A stretch of 63,565 nt of DNA, counting the filler, from Octopus bimaculoides (lineage: Eukaryota), in assembly GCF_001194135.2 (NCBI RefSeq). It is 5 parts of 4 records of this genome, joined end to end, with 100 filler letters (N's around TTAATTAATTAA, not from the genome) between each part and the next. Parts side by side here need not be neighbours in the genome. Positions count along the whole stretch, not along the records: positions 21,300 to 43,075 come from NC_069003.1; 4 more parts are not named here. The stretch is one strand, 5' to 3'. Both the position numbers and the translations under genes were made by a program. Shown piece after piece: positions 22,772 through 36,645 of this stretch. Position 1 is the stretch's first letter. The number at the start of each line of letters is the position of its first letter. The notes under the pieces were generated by a model. It saw only the letters and a program-made list of their open reading frames with translations, was not told the DNA's origin and made no database searches.

Positions 22772-24166
22772 GTTCAAACTTAAGCATCTTTATTTCTAAA
22801 CTATGGAGAACTGTCCAGAAAATTATAATTATTTCACTAACAAAATTTTCTCTTGGATATTTAAACATTTGTCTTAAAAAACACTAGCTACTTTAACAAA
22901 TAACAAATCAGTCAAGAACTGGCTGTCAGTAATTAAATTAAATTAAATTAAATCAAATTGATACAGTTAGTCCCTTCCCCTCCTCTTTTCTCCTTGATAA
23001 TTTAATTTTTTTTGGCAAATAAATAAATAAATAGATAAATAATGATAATAATAATAATAATTTCTGGTTTTGGAAACAGTTTGGTAAAAGTTCTGCTGAG
23101 TCATCTGAAAATAAATACAAGACATTTAATTAAAATTAACCTCTCGTTATCTCATATTTGATATATAAAGCATTTTTTGTGATCATTGTAAATGCTTGGC
23201 TATGGCCATGTCCCAGCATTGCCTTAGCTCACTGGCAGAAACTTAATAAAGACGGCAGTAGCTAACATATAATGGTTAGCTCTGATAACCATATCATATT
23301 TATCATTAGTGAAAGCATGTGGCCTAGTAGTTTGGGTATGGTACTCGTGATCACACAATCAAGGTTTCAATTCTCAGACTGGTAATGCATTGTGTTCTTG
23401 AGCAAAACACTTCATTTCACATTGCTCTAGTCTACTCAGTTGTAAATGAGTAACTCTGCAATGAAGGGTGTTCTGTCCAGGGGGAGTGTTGACCTGCCTG
23501 CCTGCCAGCTTGCCTAGCCAGTACTGTGGTCAATATAATGAACTAAAAACTCTTAAAGATAGTGTTCCAGTTTGGCTGCAGTTCAATGACCAAAACTAGA
23601 GTGAGCCAAGAAATAAATCTTTTAAGAACAATTTAACATCCTTTCCCTAACACTAAAAATTCCATTGTCTCAGTTTACTTGCTGTTTTTCATTAGACAAT
23701 TATAAACTCTGTTGGTTTCGACCGCTAATAATAATAATAATGATAATAATAATAATAATAACTAAAATAATAATAATGATGATGATTATTAAAATAATAA
23801 AAAGATGAATTAAAATAATAATGATAATAACAATAATTAAAATAATAATAATAACAATAATTAAAATAATGATAATAACTAAAATATAATAATGATGACG
23901 ATAATAATTTCACATTTTGGCACAAGGCCAGAATAATAACAACAACAACAATAATAATAATATAATACATAAGCAAAACACAAAGACTTATGAATGTATA
24001 TAATATACAGAAAATTGCTCTGCTAGGCACCACATGCAGCCTACATAGAACACTTTCAATACAGTAAAAATTAAAAAAACATCAAAACAAACCACTGCAC
24101 ATGCCCAAGGTACACACAGCCATGCCTGGTTGTGCAGTGAAGGCACACAATAAAGATAAGACCACC

Positions 24167-24249
<83 letters not shown>

Positions 24250-25225
24250 GTTTCAAATAATAGTGATATTGATAATAATCTTGTTATTGCATAATTGGAA
24301 AATTTTCTTAAAAAAGAACATTTGAATTAATCAAAAGGGTTTTTTATTTTTTTTCCAATCAGAAAGAAAATTCAGGTGTTAAGAATTACTCTACACTGAA
24401 TATTCTTTTATTATAGGCTTNNNNNNNNNNNNNNNNNNNNNNNNNNNNNNNNNNNNNNNNNNNNNNNNNNNNNNNNNNNNNNNNNNNNNNNNNNNNNNNN
24501 NNNNNNNNNNNNNNNNNNNNNNNNNNNNNNNNNNNNNNNNNNNNNNNNNNNNNNNNNNNNNNNNNNNNNNNNTTTTAATACCAACTTGCTCAAAAATGTT
24601 TGATTTGTGATAGGAAATGTTATGTAGATTTTTATGACAATAAAATTTTGTTACTTTAAACCTCCGTTTTTAATTTCTTTTTACAATTTTGCTGTGATTT
24701 TTTTTTTTTTTTTTTTTCATAAAAGTCTTCCAGCTTATTCTAATTGCTTTCATTGTCATTCCCCCCCTCTGCTCTTTATTCTGCTAAAAATGCATGGCCA
24801 TCCAATGTCATAACTTGCTACAATTATTAATATTATTGCCTTTATAAATTGTTTTAATTTTGAGTGAGATATATTCAATTTTGGAGTTTTTTTAGAGGTG
24901 TGTGTTTGTGTGTATGTGTATATATATATATATATAGTATTCTGGGGAAGATGTGTAAGTATATATATATAAATGTTTGTGTTTGTGATATTGTTTTCAA
25001 TATTTTTTAGTGTGATACTCTGTGTGTCTAATTCAGAATGTGTATGGGATATCATTTCAAGCATTTGTGTGTATGTGCGTGTGTCTGTGTGATATTGTTT
25101 CCTGAGTACAGATCTGGCTGTGTGGCTACATAGTTCTCTTCGCAACTGCTTAGTCCCAGGTTTGATTCTGTTGTGCTGCACTATGGCCCTTGCAAGTGAC
25201 ACCTGACAGATACGTACATGACAAC

Positions 25226-25490
25226 ACGTGGTTTAGTGTCTAAGGTATTCAGCTCACGATTGAAAGTTCCTGAGTTCAATTCCTGGCAACATGTTGTGCC
25301 TTTGAGCAAGACACTTCATTTCACGTTGCTCCAGTCCACTCAGCTGGCAAAAATGAGTAGTACCTGTATTTCAAAGGGCCAGCCTTGTCACACTCTGTGT
25401 CATGCTGATTCTCCCTGAGAACTACGTTAAAGGTATACGTGTCTGTGTAGTACTCAGCCACATGCATGTTAATTTCATGAGCATTTTATG
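25226..25490 (+). mobile_element. SINE with family D head/CORE-like block and family A 3' body
   Basis: The CORE-like block is followed by TACCTGTATTTCAAAGGGCCAGCCTTGTCACAC...GAGAACTACGTTAA, as in 2781-2900. Confidence 0.7.
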
Positions 25491-25493
25491 ATC

Positions 25494-25700
25494 ACTGCTG
25501 CAGAAGACCGCAGACAAGCCAAGACAAGCCAGGAAGAACAGAGCTAACAACCCTGTAACAGGTGTTACCATTCCCTGTCCACACTGTCAAAGACTCTTTC
25601 AGGCGCAGATTGGCCTCACTAGCCATCTGCGGACCCACAAAAAAAGCCCACCCCCACCCCCGGATGACTAGATGGTCTTCATTGCATCGATGGACAAACC
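25494..25700 (+). mobile_element. 3' end of an RTE-clade LINE (5'-truncated)
   Basis: Reads RQARKNRANNPVTGVTIPCPHCQRLFQAQIGLTSHLRTHKKSPPPPPDD* (stop 25669-25671), the C-terminal CCHH motif typical of RTE/BovB-like ORFs. A 10-bp duplication (25512-25531) shifts the frame. Confidence 0.8.
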
Positions 25701-26554
25701 ACACACATATACATATATATATTTATACACACACACACACATATATATATGACAGTTTTCCTTTGGTTTCTGTCTACCAAATCAATTCACAAGATGTTGG
25801 TCACTAACAAATACTTGCCCCAGGTGCTGTGAAGTGAGACTGAACTGAAGACCACATGGTTGGGAACCAAGCTACTTAGCCACACAGCCATGCCTGTGCA
25901 ATATTTTTTCTACATTTGTATATGAGATATTGTTTTGAGTATTTGTGTATGTGGTGTGTGTTTGTGTATGACTGTGTGATATTATTCCTGATATTTAGAA
26001 GTGTCTGTGTAATACTGCAGCCAATAATAACAAGTATGTGATATTGTTTCAAATATTTATTAGTGTGTGTGATGTGGTTTTTCAATATTTATGTCTTTCT
26101 ATATTGAACTGTCCTAAATAATTCACTGATATATCTCCGTCTATATAGATGGGGTGAAGGGCATGCATGACATTTTTCTTTCTGATATTTCAAAATAAAT
26201 TACATATACTTTTAAAATTTATCAGTGAACTCTTTGTGATATTTAGAAACAGTTAACGATATATCTTTGATAATAAATGTAAGCAAGAAACACTTGAATT
26301 GATAATGAGAATGTAATCTGTTGCCTGTTTCTATATGATTTGCGTAGCATGTAACATCTATTTTAATGTCGTCCTACAATATCGTAAACATCCACAACTA
26401 GCATGAACCACTGGCTTGACTCATGCTACTTTGGTTGATATCTAAACTCTTCATGTTTACTATGTTGCAATATGCTCGGTGCATGTGAGAATGTTTGCAT
26501 GTTTTGCTGTCGATTCTGTTTGAAAAGCTTGCACTGCATGCCATTTTATTCCAG

Positions 26555-26773
26555 GACAGACGACGAGTGTCTGCAAGAGCTGGCTATGAGGCGGTCATGG
26601 GCAGCACCTTCTTCAGCGACTGTTAACAGCTTGAAAAGAAACAGTCTGTCATCACATCATCTACACAGCTCCAGACTGAGCAGAGAACAAAATGGTAAAA
26701 CCACATTTGAAGCCTATAAGAAGTTAATTACACCAGATTTTTATGGATCAAAGAAAGAGGTTATTTCAGAATG
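26555..26773 (+). CDS. TJP1: ZO-1/TJP1-like gene, upstream exon (phase 2-2)
   Basis: ttttattccag|G...TG|GTAACG; 219 nt open: TDDECLQELAMRRSWAAPSS...YGSKKEVISE(W). It chains in frame to the ZU5 exons. Confidence 0.65.
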
Positions 26774-27118
26774 GTAACGTAAATTATTACTAACTATATG
26801 TATATTTTTTTTTTCTTACTAAGCGTTTTTCTTATTTTTAATAGTTTTTTTCTTTTTTTTAAATTTCTCTATATTTCTGTATTAAATATTTTGTCTTAGA
26901 TTTCAGCAAGTAATATACCATATTCCAAGGTAAACAGTGGTGGTCTCTTTTTCCTGTTGTCTTATATTTATTTCAGGGTTTTAGTTGAACAAATCAACCC
27001 CAGTACTTTTTTCTTTTTGAAGTCTGGTACTTATGTTATCAGCTTCTCTTGCTACATTGCTAAATTAGAGGGATGTGAACAAACCAACACCAATTATCAA
27101 ATAGTGCTGTGACTCACA

Positions 27119-27197
<79 letters not shown>

Positions 27198-27433
27198 CCA
27201 ATTTTTAGGCTGTCTACACTCTTTGATTGTAGCTTTAACAGTGTACCATTGATGCAAGTCCCACAAAGTGCCTCTCTGATATTTAAAACTGCAAATATTA
27301 CATAACTTTCCACATGGAACTTTTGCATGAACTGGCATTGAAGGCTGGGGTGGTACAGAAACAATTGTAACTGGTCAACTGAGATGTGATAAACTCTTTG
27401 TCTTCTTATTTGGATCACAGACAGACAGATAGA

Positions 27434-27471
<38 letters not shown>

Positions 27472-27474
27472 AAC

Positions 27475-27521
<47 letters not shown>

Positions 27522-28890
27522 CAGACAGAGTGAGAGATAGGATTGACTGCTTGACCCAAGGATTCAACTCAATTCCCCCAGATAAACTACAACAGTTACC
27601 GCTTAATACTCACCATTCCATTCTCATTGATAATGCCAAGTAGGAGCTGAAACTTCCCTTTTGTTACAGTCATAAATTTAATGTTCCTTCTTTCTTAATT
27701 AATAGCTCTTTCATGTATTATGCTTAGAATTGGACAATTAAAAAATTAACGTATTTTTACAAAGAGTAAATAAATCTTTCAAAGAAAAGGCTTTTTGGAG
27801 TGGGGGGGGGGGATTTCCAAAAAAAGACATATTTTTACTTTAAATTTTTATTATTCAAGTGTAAAGAAACTTAGCTTCATTTACAAATATAACAATAGAG
27901 TATTTATTGATAGGAATCTACTGTAGGGCTGATAACTGGAGGAGGATGTAGGGAGGGGCTAGATAGGGGTTCATCTATAAGAACTCAGATTCTGAAACAA
28001 AGCAAGCAATTTTAAATTTTAATAGTTTTCTGTGTATAATTCTGTCATTTAATTTTGTGAGATAATTAAGAGTCTAGATTGGAGGGTAGTAAATCTTTTC
28101 TTCGTTATTATTCAGAATCATTAAGGCATTAGACAAAAAAAGCATTTCTCTTTACATTCTGAGTTCAAATCCCACTAAAGTCAACTTCACCTTTTATCTT
28201 TTTGGGGTCGATAAAATAAGTATCTATCAAGCCCTGGGATTGATGCAATCATCCTACACAATCCCCCTAATATTGCAGGCCTTGTGTTAACATTTGAAGC
28301 AATTGTTACTAAACTAGTTGGGAACATAACTTTAAAAAAAGGGTCCTTACATTAAAATTACAAGTTTTAATTGAAAGATGAACACTTTAAAAATTAGAGA
28401 TTTTGTATCATTAGAACCAGCGATGGGTTTCAGATAGGTTAGTATTAAAAAGAGAGTACATATAAGTGTTTCATTTAACTTCATGTACTCTATTTACTCA
28501 CTACTGTGGATACCTGACACTGACTACCACCACTTTCTTTAGATTCTTGATTTTCTCTATGATATATCAAAAGGGATAAAGCAGAGCACCCCAACAAATT
28601 TTGTAACAAGCAGGAACTGCAATAAATTACAAACATCAATTCTCCTTTTTTTTTTTTTTTGATGGATATTTAACATTGTTGTTGGAATAAACATGAAATT
28701 TAATTTGGCTGTTGAATGGTTAGACTGTTGGCATGACACCTTTCTATAGAAGCTATGCTATATACAAAAACCATCAGAGTTGTTAATACCATAACAAAAT
28801 AAATTGAATAGAATAAACACAATGCCTCGTCTGGGAATTGAAACCACGATCTAGCAATTGTGAGTGCAACACCCTAACCACTAAGCCAGG

Positions 28891-28970
<80 letters not shown>

Positions 28971-30509
28971 NNNNNNNNNNNNNNNNNNNNNNNNNNNNNN
29001 NNNNNNNNNNNNNNNNNNNNNNNNNNNNNNNNNNNNNNNNNNNNNNNNNNNNNNNNNNNNNNNNNNNNNNNNNNNNNNNNNNNNNNNNNNNNNNNNNNNN
29101 NNNNNNNNNNNNNNNNNNNNNNNNNNNNNTTTGTCGATAGTATCGATTCCCGTTTCCTATCAAAACTATTGGTCTTATGTCTAAATCAGAATTACATTCT
29201 TAATAAATAGAATAAAGAACCAGTGAAGAACTGCAGTCGATATAATTGCCAATAGGAATACACCAGAATGTTTAGCTTCGTAATATTTAGAATATGTTAA
29301 AGCAGTAAACAAAGATTAGTTATTTTATTTGCAGAACTAACTGTTGAGAACGTAAATAAAATGCCTTGAGATAATTAGAATGACCCACTGTGAATCTCAG
29401 CTCATTTCCTGCTGGTGTCTTTAAAATATTTATCATTAATGTAATGCGGTTTGCGGTTTATTCTTACCAATTTTCGGCCTTGTATTTAGTTCTTTCAATT
29501 TACGTTTTTTTTTTACATATGAAAACAAATGGGAGTAGAGGCAATAAGGGAGACAACTCTACCCTATTTTATGAACAATTTTCTGTTTGCCATGTAAATT
29601 ATCTCCCTTCGAAAACTGTTTTTCTTTTTTATCTTCTCCATTTATTTACTTATTTTTCAAATTTCTTAACGGAATGTGCATGTGTAAACAAACAAATTAA
29701 TTAGTAATCAATATATGTACCTCTTATTTCTGTTTTGCATGAAAGAACTAATATAACAATAACTGTTCGCCTTGTTTGTCATTCTTTTTCTTTTGCATAT
29801 CTTACCTTTATTTTCTTTTCTGATCATAAATGAATTTATGAGGGAAAATTCAGTTTTCTTTCTATTGTGTGTGTGTGTGTGTGTGTGTGTGATTTTATCG
29901 CTGTATTTACCAGACTATCAGATGTTGTTATACACCACTGATCACAATGTGCTTCCTTGCATTAGTGTAACTTTCAAATGATGGACCAGAACAACATGAA
30001 ATAAAGTGTTTTGATCAAGAGTACAATGCATTGCTGGTCCAGGAATCAAAGCCACAATCTTGCTACCATGTGTGCAATACCCTTACCACTAGGCTATGCA
30101 CCTTATCATCATCATCATTATCATCATCATCATTATCATCATCATTTAACATGCTGGCATATACATGTCCATACTGGCATCTATATATATGTATGTATAT
30201 GCGTGTGCTTGTGTGAGTGAGTTCATATTTTCCCTTTGTCTTTACATGTGTTAGCTGATGGCAGATATAGATCACACTGTTCAGCCCACTGTAAAAGCAT
30301 GCCCAGGTCTCTTGACTCGATGTCAATCTGTGTAAACAAAAGGTAGCATTTGTTTCTAGTTCTCTGTATAACCGAGTTCAGGCTGTTTGTTGTTCAGTAG
30401 ACTGGACGATTAACACCTTGCTTAGAAACAGGTGAGGGTTGCCAGCAGCAAGAGCACAGAAGACTGCTCTGTTGTAGTCTCATCAGGAAAAAGTAGATTT
30501 TAAATTATG

Positions 30510-30545
<36 letters not shown>

Positions 30546-30599
30546 ATGTACATTGTATGCATTCACACTCACATACAAACAAATAGTGACTAGCACAGG

Positions 30600-30638
30600 A
30601 CCACTGCTGTTTCATTCCTGAGGAATTCATCAGGCTCT
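30600..30638 (-). ncRNA. Degenerate hammerhead motif between two CA/GT microsatellites
   Basis: The rc reads CTGATGA-ATTCC-TCA-GGAAT-GAA-ACAGCAGT-G. Core and stem II are intact, helix III is one change from the palindrome ACTGCAGT, position 17 is G and stem I is poor. Confidence 0.45.
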
Positions 30639-30654
30639 CTAGTGGAACCATCAA

Positions 30655-30715
<61 letters not shown>

Positions 30716-30920
30716 CAATGACAAAATGTCTTCATAACAAAGCACCATAAGCTTAAACATTTGGCTGTTGTTAGTTGATGTGAAATCATTTTCATGTTTG
30801 ATTTGTCTAAATTTCATTCCCTTGAAATTATTTCTACTTATCAAAGTCCAATTTCTTGTACACTAATTACAAAAGAATGTTTGTTTCTAAAGTTTTTTTA
30901 CACCTCTTTAACCATCACAG

Positions 30921-31100
30921 TGGAGGCGCAATAGCCCAGTGGTTAGGGCAGCGGACTCGCGGTCATAAGATCGCGGTTTCGATTCCCAGACCGGGCGTTG
31001 TGAGTGTTTATTGAGCGAAAACACCTAAAGCTCCACGAGGCTCCAGCAGGGGATGGTGGCGAATCCTGCTGTACCCTTCCACCACAACTTTCTGTCATTC
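30921..31100 (+). mobile_element. SINE family A, 5' part
   Basis: TGGAGGCGCAATAGCCCAGTGGTTAGGGCAGCGGACTC...GGTTTCGATTCCC. Confidence 0.85.
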
Positions 31101-31334
31101 TTACTTCAACCACCACCAACAACCACCACCACCACAGTTAAAGTTGTGATAGAGCACCATCACACCATCACACCATCACACCTTTGTAAAGTAACCTGAA
31201 ACTCGTTAGAACAATTCCAGCTAAACATAGCTTTGATGCCTTAGACAGACGAAAGAACAGAACAACCTAACAGCAATAGGTGCTATGTTGTGCTAAATAA
31301 AGAATTTTGTTTCTCCTTCTATCAATTGTTTTAG

Positions 31335-31511
31335 GGAGACGATGGCCCCAAGTACCATGAATGAAAGTATGAAAGCAAGAGAACAGAATCATGACAGTGC
31401 TTTCGAGTCATACAGGAAAGATAGTACTGGGAAAATACTTACATCTTTTGGCCAATCAGATGGAAACTTGAAACACAACAAACTGGAAACAGACCACGAA
31501 AAATTAGAAAA
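31335..31511 (+). CDS. TJP1: ZO-1/TJP1-like gene exon (phase 2-2)
   Basis: ttgttttag|G...AA|GTATGT; 177 nt open: ETMAPSTMNESMK...ETDHEKLE(N). Confidence 0.7.
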
Positions 31512-32227
31512 GTATGTTTTGCTTATATTTGTGCAATGTTCGTTTTAATTCTATCGTTTATGCAGTGTTTGCTCTGATTGTCTCACTGATATCATTATTA
31601 TTATTATCATTATTATTATTATTATTATGATAACTTATGCTAAACTGCAGCCGGTTGTGGGCTTCTTTTTTTTTTTTTTTTGTGATTAATTTTTGTGTCC
31701 ATATGTTCTAGCATTCTGCTTGTCTCAGCTGTGATTAATTGGCTTCAGTATGGAATTGTAGTGCCATGCCACAATCTTGCTCAATATTAGAGTCTGCTTG
31801 CATTTTTGTCCTGTTATCATGTGCACTATGTCATGCAGGGGAGAAACATAAAAGCAGATAGGTCAATATATAAAGCAATCAGGTAGACATAGCTGTCAGA
31901 TAAATATATATATACACACAGTTCAGATAGATATAGTAATGAGGTAGATGTATTGAAGAAGAGAATGTTATATCGATTTTCAGTATGTAGTTGTATAAAG
32001 TAACAGTCCTCATGCAGCATGTAAGTTTTACCTACACACACGTGTGACATTTTTTCACCTTCAAAAACAGTGAGCAGTCACCATATTTTTCTTATACCTA
32101 CCATCTCTGAAGAGCGTGTGGTATTACTTAACCATGCTGTTCTCTAGTTTCTGGTTATTTAATACCTAGCATGAAACCAATTGGTAAGACCAGCTGAAAT
32201 GGATCAATAATACTGTAAACTTTGATT

Positions 32228-32336
<109 letters not shown>

Positions 32337-33511
32337 CACACGCACACACACTCTGATGTTTATTTCAACCAAACATTTACAATAGATTTTTAGTTCTATG
32401 CAAAGTCAAATGTCAATGCATCTAATTTATTGCTTCATTAAGTACAAAAATATATTTGATATTTCACTAAATTATGCACAAAGTTTGTCGTGTTCTTATT
32501 GCTTGAAGCTTTTTTTTCTTTTTGAAATACCAAATCTAACTTTATTTTGTATCTGATCAAAATGATTTCCTGTGTGGTTCATAAACTATGGTGTTGTTAA
32601 AATCCTTATTCTGTTCTTGCTAAAGGGTGCCTCATTTCCAATTTGTTAGAAGTAAATGCCTACCATCAGTTATAAAGGGCAACTCTGTTAAAATGTTTCC
32701 TCACAACAAACTGACGTTTTTCCCAAGACAGGCTGTGGCTAATTTTCTCCAAATCTATTTCACATTGATAGCAACCCCTTGGTGTCTTTCCTTATTATCC
32801 CCTAAGATTTCATGGTTCAAATTTGCCAAAGTCATCTTCCAAAGAGTCCCCAGCTTCTGTAGAGAATAATAAATATGCATTTATTGAAGCCACAGTACTC
32901 AAGTAGTTCTCCATACTTTTAGTTTTATCCTACTTTACATAACCTGTTGACAACTTTTTTTAAGTCATTTTTTTTTTTCAATAAATACTTCATAGATGTC
33001 ATATCCATTTCTTTTAGTTGCTTTTTGTTATTTAATTTTTGTTGTATTTACTTCAACTCCCTCGGCAGGAAATATTTAACTACTAGTTTTGTACTTTAAT
33101 AACCCTTTTAATGTGGAAATCAGATATATCCACTCAAAACTTCGTTATCCTTAATTGTAGAAAGCAGTTTTATAAACCAATCTATTTTTTGTTGAGGAAT
33201 ATCAAACATTTCGAGTAAAGTGACATATTTCTTTCATGTGATCAACATGAAGTTGATATGAAAGGATGATGTTGTTTTACTCTTATAATAACTATGTAAG
33301 TAGTCTTACCTACAGAATGCTAGAATAAGTTCCACTTTTAATTTAATTAGACTTATAAAAAAATAATCTTTTTAGTCTGTAATAATTTTATAAGTACTTT
33401 GAGCTGAGCTGAATAATACAAAGAGAATTTATAATTCTTGTTTACTGGAAGTGTTTTTTTTTTTTTATCATTTTCCCTTCAAGACTTAAATTAGCAACTA
33501 TAGTTTTAAAT

Positions 33512-33575
<64 letters not shown>

Positions 33576-33677
33576 NNNNNNNNNNATATATATATATATA
33601 TATATATATAGTAATGGTAAGACAACAAAAGAATGAAAGAGACCTTGATATTATGTAAATAGAGGAATTTATCTGTA

Positions 33678-33918
33678 ATATAATATGTAACAATTATTTG
33701 GTTGCCATAATAAAACTCTGAGTTTCGGATACTGGGGCGGAAACCTGCACCGGCATCTCTTCAGTTATCAAGGCAATCAAAATATGCTATTGAAGGATTT
33801 TTTCATAGCATATTTGATTGCCTCGATATAATTGAAGAGATGCCGGTGCAGGTTTCCGCCCCGACATCCAAAACTTGGAGTTTTATTATGGCAACCAAAT
33901 AATTGTCACATATTATAT
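33678..33918. mobile_element. Foldback of two inverted hammerhead-bearing units
   Basis: Arms of about 115 bp around a loop of about 7 nt (33795-33801); the differences are mostly transitions. It follows a (TA)n tract. Confidence 0.85.
33709..33769 (-). ncRNA. Type I hammerhead motif (left arm of foldback)
   Basis: The rc reads GATAA-CTGAAGA-GATGC-[20 nt]-GTATC-C-GAA-ACTC-A-GAGT-T-TTATT. The core is intact, stems I and II are 5 bp each (with G-U pairs), helix III is near-palindromic, and there is one extra C before G12. Confidence 0.6.
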
Positions 33919-34154
33919 GTGACAAGATATGTATGTATATGTATGATGTATATATATGAGGCATTTGCTTGTGTTTACCTGTAGAAATGCAAAGTGTTCA
34001 ATACACGTTACTAGAATTGTGTACTAGTAAATAAAAGATTATTTCCTCGTCGTATCTGAAGATTTTTGTGTAGTTGACATTTTAGTGTGAGCAATATTCT
34101 AAGTACTTAATGGATACAGTAGCCAAAATGCTTAAAACCTATTCCCTCTGGCAG

Positions 34155-34457
34155 TGAGACCCTGTCTATGGAAGAAGTGCTGTCTCAACTACAAGCTGAG
34201 CTAGACATGACTCTCTTGGAGCTGTCAGAAATGGATGCCGAGAAGGAAGCAGCCAACATCACAACAAATGGTGACACCGAAACTGCTGAAGGGGACCAGC
34301 CCGACGATGAGAGTGACACCCCACTTTTAGAAACTCGTTCCCAACCTGTTAATGATAGTAAGGATAATGTGGAAAGTGAGCCCAAAGAAGTGCTCTCGCT
34401 TTGTTCTCCTACAGCTTCTTCTGGCAGTGCTTCGACCCCAGATACAGTAATAGATGG
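34155..34457 (+). CDS. TJP1: ZO-1/TJP1-like gene exon (phase 2-2), acidic
   Basis: ctctggcag|T...GG|GTAAGA; 303 nt open: ETLSMEEVLSQLQAELDMTLLELSEM...STPDTVID(G). Confidence 0.75.
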
Positions 34458-35371
34458 GTAAGATTCACTGATGCTTGCTGCCTGCTCTTTAGATTAAGAA
34501 AAACTCAAGGGAGGTCACTCTAGAAAGCATGTTTGTTTTCTTCCTATTTCTACAGACGTTATTTACATATATATATATATATATATATATTGCATGATAG
34601 TTTTCTCCAGTTAAACTATTATTGAAATGATAACCAGTGTAATTTGAATGTTATTCACTAATATGAGCCAATCCTATCAACCTTTTATCTAATCCAGATT
34701 TCTTAATTCTTTAAACTAAACCGTATTTTTGTTTCACAATTTTTTCATAATTATGTATTTACTGTAACTAATGTTCATAATAGATGTTCCAAAAATCTAA
34801 ATTTTAAAATGGAAAAAAATTTTAATTAGAAAGACATGTAATGTAAAATAGACTATTACGTTTTAATTTCACAATCGTTTGGATAAAAGCAGAAAGTATT
34901 TAATTTAACAACACTTTAATGTCGTAATCTATTTGTAACCAACATATGAAAATAATCTAAGAGAAATCAACATTATGTAGCAGAAGTCAACATTATCAGG
35001 ATTTGTCAAGCAGTATATTTATATCCAGTGTAAAATATTTTAGAAAATAGAAAGTTTCCTTCACAACCATGTGATCACAGGTTCAATCCTTTTGTGTGGC
35101 ACCTTGGACAAATATCTTCTGTAGCTTTGAGTTGACCAGACAGGACAGAAGCAAGTTGACTTTTTTTTTTTTGTCTTTGTTGAATATAATAAGTTTGAAG
35201 GCAAAATACTTGCACCATTGATGAAGTTGGTTAAAATTCTCTGAGGCAGTAACTTGGTATGGCTTGCAGTCCAGTGGCTAAAATCAGTAAAAAAAAATGA
35301 ATGAAATAAAATAAAATATAAATATCATAATTGTACCAAGTAATCCTTCAGATTCTGTCTTTTATTCATTG

Positions 35372-35710
35372 CATTATGGCCATGCTGGGGCATTGCCTTG
35401 AAAGGTTTAGTCAAACAAATTGACCCCAGTACTTATTTTTTAAGCCTGGTAACTTATCCTTTAGGCCTCTTTTTGCCGAACTGCTAAGTTACAGGGACAA
35501 AACAAACCAACACCAGTGGTGGTGGGGATAAACACACACACATATATGATGGGTGTCTTTTAGTTTCTGTCTACTAAATCCACACAAGGTTTTGGTTCGC
35601 CCAGGGCTATTATAGAAGATACTTGCTCAAGCTGCTGTGCATTTGTACTGAACCCAAGATGTCATGGTTGGGAAGCAAACTTCTTAACCACCGAGCCACA
35701 CCTGCACTTG
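35372..35710 (-). mobile_element. SINE family B, diverged
   Basis: Same blocks as 1573-1975. Confidence 0.75.
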
Positions 35711-36427
35711 TACAATATTTAAATCTGTTCTTCACCCTTTTTTTAAAAATTTTATTCTCCCCCCCCCCTCCTTCCATTCTTTAAAACTAAACAAAATCTT
35801 CCTTCGTTTTTGAACTTTGAACAATGAAACTATTTTTTCTTTCTTTTTTCATTATCTGTGTTTTATCTCTTTTTCTTATCTACCTGCAAACACCTGTATT
35901 ATTTATTGCATGTCAGCACGTCCACCTTCATAAGTTACTCTACTCCTTTTTTTGGATTGTTGCTTGTGACATCTCTTTTAACTTCCATATTTCTTCGTGT
36001 GTGTGATTGTGTGCTTGTATGAGCAATAAACAGAGATAGAATATTAGCACACATGTGTGTGTGTTAGCCTGTGTCAGTGTGAGTGGGTGTATTATTACAT
36101 ATCTTGTTGATGTTTCTACTAAATGCATGCTTCTTTCTGAGAATGCTGCTTCTGTTAGCAATATTTTGTTATGTTTCTTTGCTAGAAATTTCTCTTTAAT
36201 AATACAGTATTGAATGTTATAACTCAGCATATTGAATGTAATAATTTAATGTACACACATATATATATATATATTTTTTTTTTAAACTGTGGAGCTCAAA
36301 GAACATAAATCTCTAAATAATAGCATGTAAATATTGGGGTGAAGACCCCTTTTGGGGGAGTGGGGGATAGAAAACGTCAAAAGCTGTTATAAAGGGCAGC
36401 TTAAAGCCTTCAAATCACACTCTTTCT

Positions 36428-36645
36428 TTAACCCTTTAGCATTCAGATTATTTTGTCAAATGTAATGCTTATTTATTCCCATTGTTTTGAGTTAATCATG
36501 CATTGTCTTGTAGCTTTGAGATTTCAATGATGTGATTGTTTGTTTTTAGAATGACATTGTTGGGTAGGTGTGAGAGGTCAGTTCTGACCAATTTGAGTGT
36601 AAAACGGGGAATATTTGAACTGGACATGACCAGTTTAAAAGGTTA
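36428..36645. mobile_element. piggyBac-like MITE, right end decayed
   Basis: Starts TTAA|CCCTTTAGCATT and ends TTTAAAAGGTTA. Confidence 0.5.

Noticed and set aside
30445-30492. Minus-strand CTGATGA-GACT...AGTC
   Set aside because: Stem II is followed by TTCT rather than GAAA.
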